Origin: Octopus bimaculoides
Taxonomy: Eukaryota
Direction of reading: 5' to 3'
Length of the DNA: 38,053 nucleotides
Assembly (NCBI RefSeq): GCF_001194135.2
Contig: NC_068995.1
Span: 30,105,970 to 30,144,022 of the forward strand
Within the stretch, counting starts at the first letter, position 1, and each line of letters starts with the position of its first letter. The translations under genes were made by a program, and so were the position numbers. Under the pieces are notes generated by a model. It was not told the DNA's origin. It made no database searches and worked only from the letters and a program-made list of their open reading frames with translations. Below are positions 33,178 to 38,053 of the stretch, in pieces.

Positions 33178-34444
33178 TTCTTTATCTTTTACTGGTTTTA
33201 GTTTTGTCATTAAACTGCGGCCATGCTGGGGCAACGCCTTATAGATATATATAACCCGGTTCCCCAGCACACACACCCCCCCGCTGCTCACATGCACGTC
33301 CACATACAACACACGCAAACACGCGTGCGCAAACACACAAACCTCAATCTCTGACTGCGATGAACGTTGTTCTATTTGACTGATGTTATATATAAAATTA
33401 AACAAGTTGCCATATGAATTAGCGGATGTTGTGCGCCATTGCATATACGACTCACACCATCTACAAGCAACAGAGCTGATATCTAAGTAAGCAATGTGTA
33501 TGTTATAAACACTCACAAATAAATACACCCAAGGGAGTTTTTCGTCTGTAATAAGGTGGCTGGTCGTTGCCTTTACGTTCAGCTGTAACACTTGTTACTC
33601 TCTACCATTTTCTCTGTCTCTCTCTCCCACCCTCTCTCTCTCTGTCTGTCTTTCTCAACCTCACCCACCCCTTCCTTTCCTTTTTTCCCTCCCTCTCTCT
33701 CCTTTTCTCCCCCCCCCTCTGTCTGTCTGTCAGTCTGTTTGTCTGTCTCTCTCTCTCTCTTTTCTCTCTCTCTTTCTCTTTCTCTCTCTTTTTCTGTCTC
33801 TCTCTCTCTCACTCTCTCTAAATGATGTTAAGTATAAAGGATAGCGTTGTATGTACTGATAGATGTATATGTTTGTGTTATGTATGCGTTTTTGCATTCT
33901 GCAATATTCAAAAGTACACAAGTGTACATACACATATGTTCTTTTAAATACACACGCAAACACGCACATATTTAATAAGTGTCTGTGTGTCTTCAGATAT
34001 TTAGAAAAAAGAACGTCAGTCATCAACTGTACAAAGAACTCTACGTAAGATCGAGGTAATTATTTAATTTGGCTGGAAGACGGTCACAGTTTCGCCTTCG
34101 CTGGCTTTCAAATTGTTCAAGAAAAGTTTATTACTTACCTACACATAGAATTTTTTCTTTTCCTTTTTTTTATTTTTTGCTGCCAACAGTATCCGTATGA
34201 ATTTATGGCAATTTGAGGGTGCTGAATCCAACAATGAAATTCGCTTTACCAGATTGACCTTAAGTTTTGAAACAAGAAATTCTGTTAAATTGTGATATAA
34301 AGGGATATCTCTAAATCACATTAAAATGTAGACTAGGAGTTACGTTAAGTTTGATCGGGTCAGAGGTCATAATATGGTAACACTCAGCAACTCAGGACGC
34401 GATTTGGCCTCCATAAATGTGCAAAAGCTACCTTTATCAAATGA

Positions 34445-35245
34445 AAAATGACAGAAACATCAAACGTTAACCATGACCAGCAGAATGTCATAAAGGAATT
34501 AGAACCAGCGGAGAGCTACAAATACCTAGGGGTATTTGAAGGGGACAGAATCAAATATTCAGTGATAAGGGAAAGGATGAGAAGAGAATGTTATCGCAGG
34601 GTAAGGGTAATACTGAAGACAGAGCTCAATGCAAGAAACAGGATCGAAGCGATCAATACTTTAGCCATACCAGTCGTGACTTACAGTTTCAATATCATTA
34701 ATTGTTCAATTATAGAAATATGTAATCTTGACAGAAAAATGCGAAAATCGTTGACAATGCATAGAATGTACCACCCTGAGGCAGATATAGAACGACTTTA
34801 TTTGCCTAGAAAAGAGGGAGGCCGTGAACTTTTACAACTGGAATTAACAATGAAGATTGTCACAATTGGCCTAGATACCTACATGATAAAAACTCTGAGG
34901 ACTGGATGTTAAAACTTGTCTCAAAGCATGAAAACAAGAAAGCATCATACTCAGTAACAAAACAGGCGAAGGAATATCTAAGTGAATTCCAAATACAACA
35001 AATTCCAGAATTAGACGTACTGGAAACAAGCACAGAAAAAGCTAAGAGTATGAAAACCTGTGCTAAAACTGCTGCCTTAAGATATTCTTACTGATAAATG
35101 GCAAGAAAAACCTCCCAATGGCAAATACCCAAAGAGCTAATAGTGCCCTTACCCATCAATAGTTAATGGCTTCTGGTTTAAAATCAGAAACGGAAGGGGT
35201 TATCATAGCAGCCCAAGATCAATGCTTACCTACAAGAAACTATAT
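34445..35245 (+). mobile_element. R4/Dong-clade RT C-terminal/thumb region, disrupted
   Basis: SYKYLGV...ILKTELNARNRIEAINTLAIPVVTYSF...LDRKMRK...HPEADIERLYLPRKEGGRELLQL...GLKSETEGVIIAAQDQCLPTRNY. Confidence 0.9.
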
Positions 35246-35783
35246 ATCAATAATCACTACTACCATCCACAGCAAGTCACTTTCAGGGCACTTGACCATT
35301 TAACATCCTACTACTATCATAGCACTCCCGCATTCTTCTTCTTCTTCTTCTTCTTCTTCTTCTTCTTCTTCTTCTTCTCTGCCAAGAATTTACAACGACC
35401 TCCAACACACAAGAGTAAACAAGAGAGAAAGGAAGAAACAAGGAACATGCCCCTTGTATTTGAATACTATGCAAATATTCTTTTAAAAAAATTTTTCATT
35501 TAATATTTCCAAAATTTAATTGTTTTTCATACTTACTGTTGAAAAAGTCTCAATGACCGAAACTGGTACTGAAATGTTTTTTATAAAATTATTTTAGCAN
35601 NNNNNNNNNNNNNNNNNNNNNNNNNNNNNNNNNNNNNNNNNNNNNNNNNNNNNNNNNNNNNNNNNNNNNNNNNNNNNNNNNNNNNNNNNNNNNNNNNNNN
35701 NNNNNNNNNNNNNNNNNNNNNNNNNNNNNNNNNNNNNNNNNNNNNNNNNNNNNNNNNNNNNNNNNNNNNNNNNNNNNNNNNNN

Positions 35784-35868
35784 AGCTGAACCGCTAAGTT
35801 ACAGGGGCATGAACACACCAACACTGGTTGTCAAGCGGCAGTGGAGAACAAACAAATACACACGCACG

Positions 35869-35930
<62 letters not shown>

Positions 35931-36093
35931 CGATGGTTTCTCTCAGTTTCCATCAGCGAAATCCACCCAAAAGGCTTGGGTCGATCCGAGACTATTGTAG
36001 AAGACACTTGCCCAAAGTACCGTGCAATTGGACTGAACCTGGAACCATGTGGTTGGGAAGGAAGCTTCTTATCACACAACCCCTCCTGTGCCC
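35784..36093 (-). mobile_element. CORE-type SINE (head, internal microsatellite, partial tail)
   Basis: The head matches 14693-14861. An internal (TA)/(TG) tract is followed by a GTTTGTTCTCCACTGCCGCTTGACAACC tail cut by the gap. Confidence 0.75.
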
Positions 36094-36384
36094 ATTTATA
36101 CATTATTCACATACTATGGAAAATAAATTTAATTAGAACATATAAGATCATGATTATTTAAACAGTGAGAATTATGATTAATTATTTCAATTCTACTTTT
36201 AACTAAATATTCCTTAACAACTATATGAAACCTGTATCATCAAACACCAAATTTATTTTCCCCAAATAGAAAATGTTCATATTTTAATCTGTTAGAGTGA
36301 AACCCTATTATTGGATAAACACCCACCCAATCAACTTTGGTTAGTTAAACCAATCCTCTTATTCCACTCCTATCGTTCTAACCT

Positions 36385-36440
36385 ATATACATACACAGAC
36401 AAGCATATACATACATACATACATACATACATGCATGCAT

Positions 36441-36501
<61 letters not shown>

Positions 36502-36576
36502 GAGAGAGAGAGAGATTGTATATAAGTGTGTGTGAATGTGTGTATGCATATGTATATATTATATATTTGTGTGAGC

Positions 36577-36626
<50 letters not shown>

Positions 36627-36730
36627 ATATGTACGTATGTATGTATGCATGCATGCATGCATGTATGTATGTATGTATGTATGCATGTATGCATGTATGC
36701 ATGTATGTATGTATGTGTGTATGTATGTAT
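36385..36730. repeat. Large compound microsatellite (ATAC/AC/AT/AG/TG/ATGC/ATGT)
   Basis: Direct reading. It is the source of the HT/CV/YI ORFs in the track. Confidence 0.95.
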
Positions 36731-37453
36731 AGACATAACAGTGAAATCGTTAACTATTTCACAAACCGCTTTAGAATAGATTGGTCTCAGTTTTGAAAGA
36801 ATTAAAATGTGTTCTTGAGTGTCATATAAGTGCGTGTAATACAAGCCTTATCTGCAACGCTATTGGTTCTCAGTGACTGTATTAATTTACACATTTATTA
36901 CTATGGCAACAGAACACTTTACAGGGCATTAATAGAGCCTCTCACACATATTTTCGTCTCCTTTAGATGATATTTGCACAAGAACTGCTAGTTAGCTAGC
37001 TTCTGTTTTATAAGGCAAGGGAGATAACTTATTCTTTTTCGCATAGTTCGCCCGTTCAGACAAGAAAACAACCGGTCATAAGTCTACATAGTACTGAAGT
37101 ATTTGCTTTTTAAGGCGATAGTCATAGCTCCAGAATAATTAAATATCCCACGGAGTAATTTGGAACTGATTTCTATCAGTCCTGTATGAATTAACCTTTG
37201 TTCCTCCAGGCACGTGTATTTATACAAACCATGTGTGTGTATGGGGGTGGGGTGTCCATATGTATGTATACAATATCCACACTCATACATAAGGTCGACA
37301 TTCGTTTTCATAAGTAGTTTTAGCCTCGAGATAAAAACTAGATACCGTACTGAAAGAAAAATGAGCAATCCATTTCTGATGAAGCAGTAAAAACTCCGAA
37401 ACTAGCCAATGAGAGCTTAATTTTCTGGCCATTGATATAAAAACTTGTGTTTT

Positions 37454-37625
37454 AAGGTGGATAAAATACTTAGCGACTTTTCGTCCGTCTTTAGGTTCTG
37501 ATTTCAAATCCACCGAGGCCGACTTTGACTTTCACCCTTTCGGGATCGATAAAATAAGTACCTGTTCAGTAATCTGGTCTTACCCACACCCGAAGCTGCT
37601 GGCCTTGTGCTAGAATTTGAAACTG
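37454..37625 (+). mobile_element. OK/OR-like SINE, 5'-shortened
   Basis: Family core GAGGCCGACTTTG...GGGATCGATAAAATAAGTACC and tail. Confidence 0.8.
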
Positions 37626-37870
37626 ATATTTAAACTTAAGGTTTAACCATAGTATACTTTCCATAGCATCGGCAAAAATGTGTATATACCAAAAGCACCG
37701 TAAAATCTATCGTAAATTTAAATAGATCCTAATGATATGTAGTGCTTCTATTTATACACACACGCACACACACACACGCACACACACACGCACACACACA
37801 CACAAATAATCACACACATACACACGAAGCCGCGCACATTTGCATTGTATTATATATGGAAATATAAATA

Positions 37871-38053
37871 TATTAGGTTGTCCAGAAAGTACGTGCCGAT
37901 TTATAGCAGCTTACCTTTCGACTTATTTTAGAACATGGTTGAATCCATAAAATAGGATTTGACTACACCTCCATTTAGAGCACAGCTTAAGCTATCTTTT
38001 CGTGGAAGAAGGTTTATGTTCTTATAACCTGTGTTAATTCTGTAACCGTTTAA
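37871..38053 (+). mobile_element. mariner transposon left TIR and 5' UTR (continues beyond the window)
   Basis: TA|TTAGGTTGTCCAGAAAGTACGTGCCGATTT resembles insect-type mariner TIRs, preceded by a TA target site. Confidence 0.65.

Overview
This is AT-rich, microsatellite-dense eukaryotic DNA with six N-gaps. The repeat content (tRNA-derived SINEs, R4/Dong and Tx1 LINE relics, mariner/Tc1/hAT relics) points to an octopus (coleoid cephalopod) genome; that assignment is from recalled repeat families, not a search. No host protein-coding gene can be called with confidence, and most ORFs in the track are microsatellite or gap artefacts. The window reads as intronic or intergenic DNA built from decayed mobile elements: at least six fragments of R4/Dong-clade retrotransposons, most sitting in (AAT/AAC)n tracts; four or five L1/Tx1-clade fragments; more than ten copies of one SINE family plus CORE-type SINEs; mariner, Tc1 and hAT relics and MITEs; and two LTR-like elements. 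The most unusual object is at 18492-18948. It is a head-to-head palindromic insertion bounded by a perfect 13-bp direct repeat (TAATGACTCATAC). Each arm is a tRNA-derived Pol III head, an (AAT)n linker and a Penelope-type tail, and the intact arm carries a minimal hammerhead ribozyme motif, so it looks like a SINE/retrozyme hybrid. All protein-family calls are by-eye motif recognition and need database confirmation.
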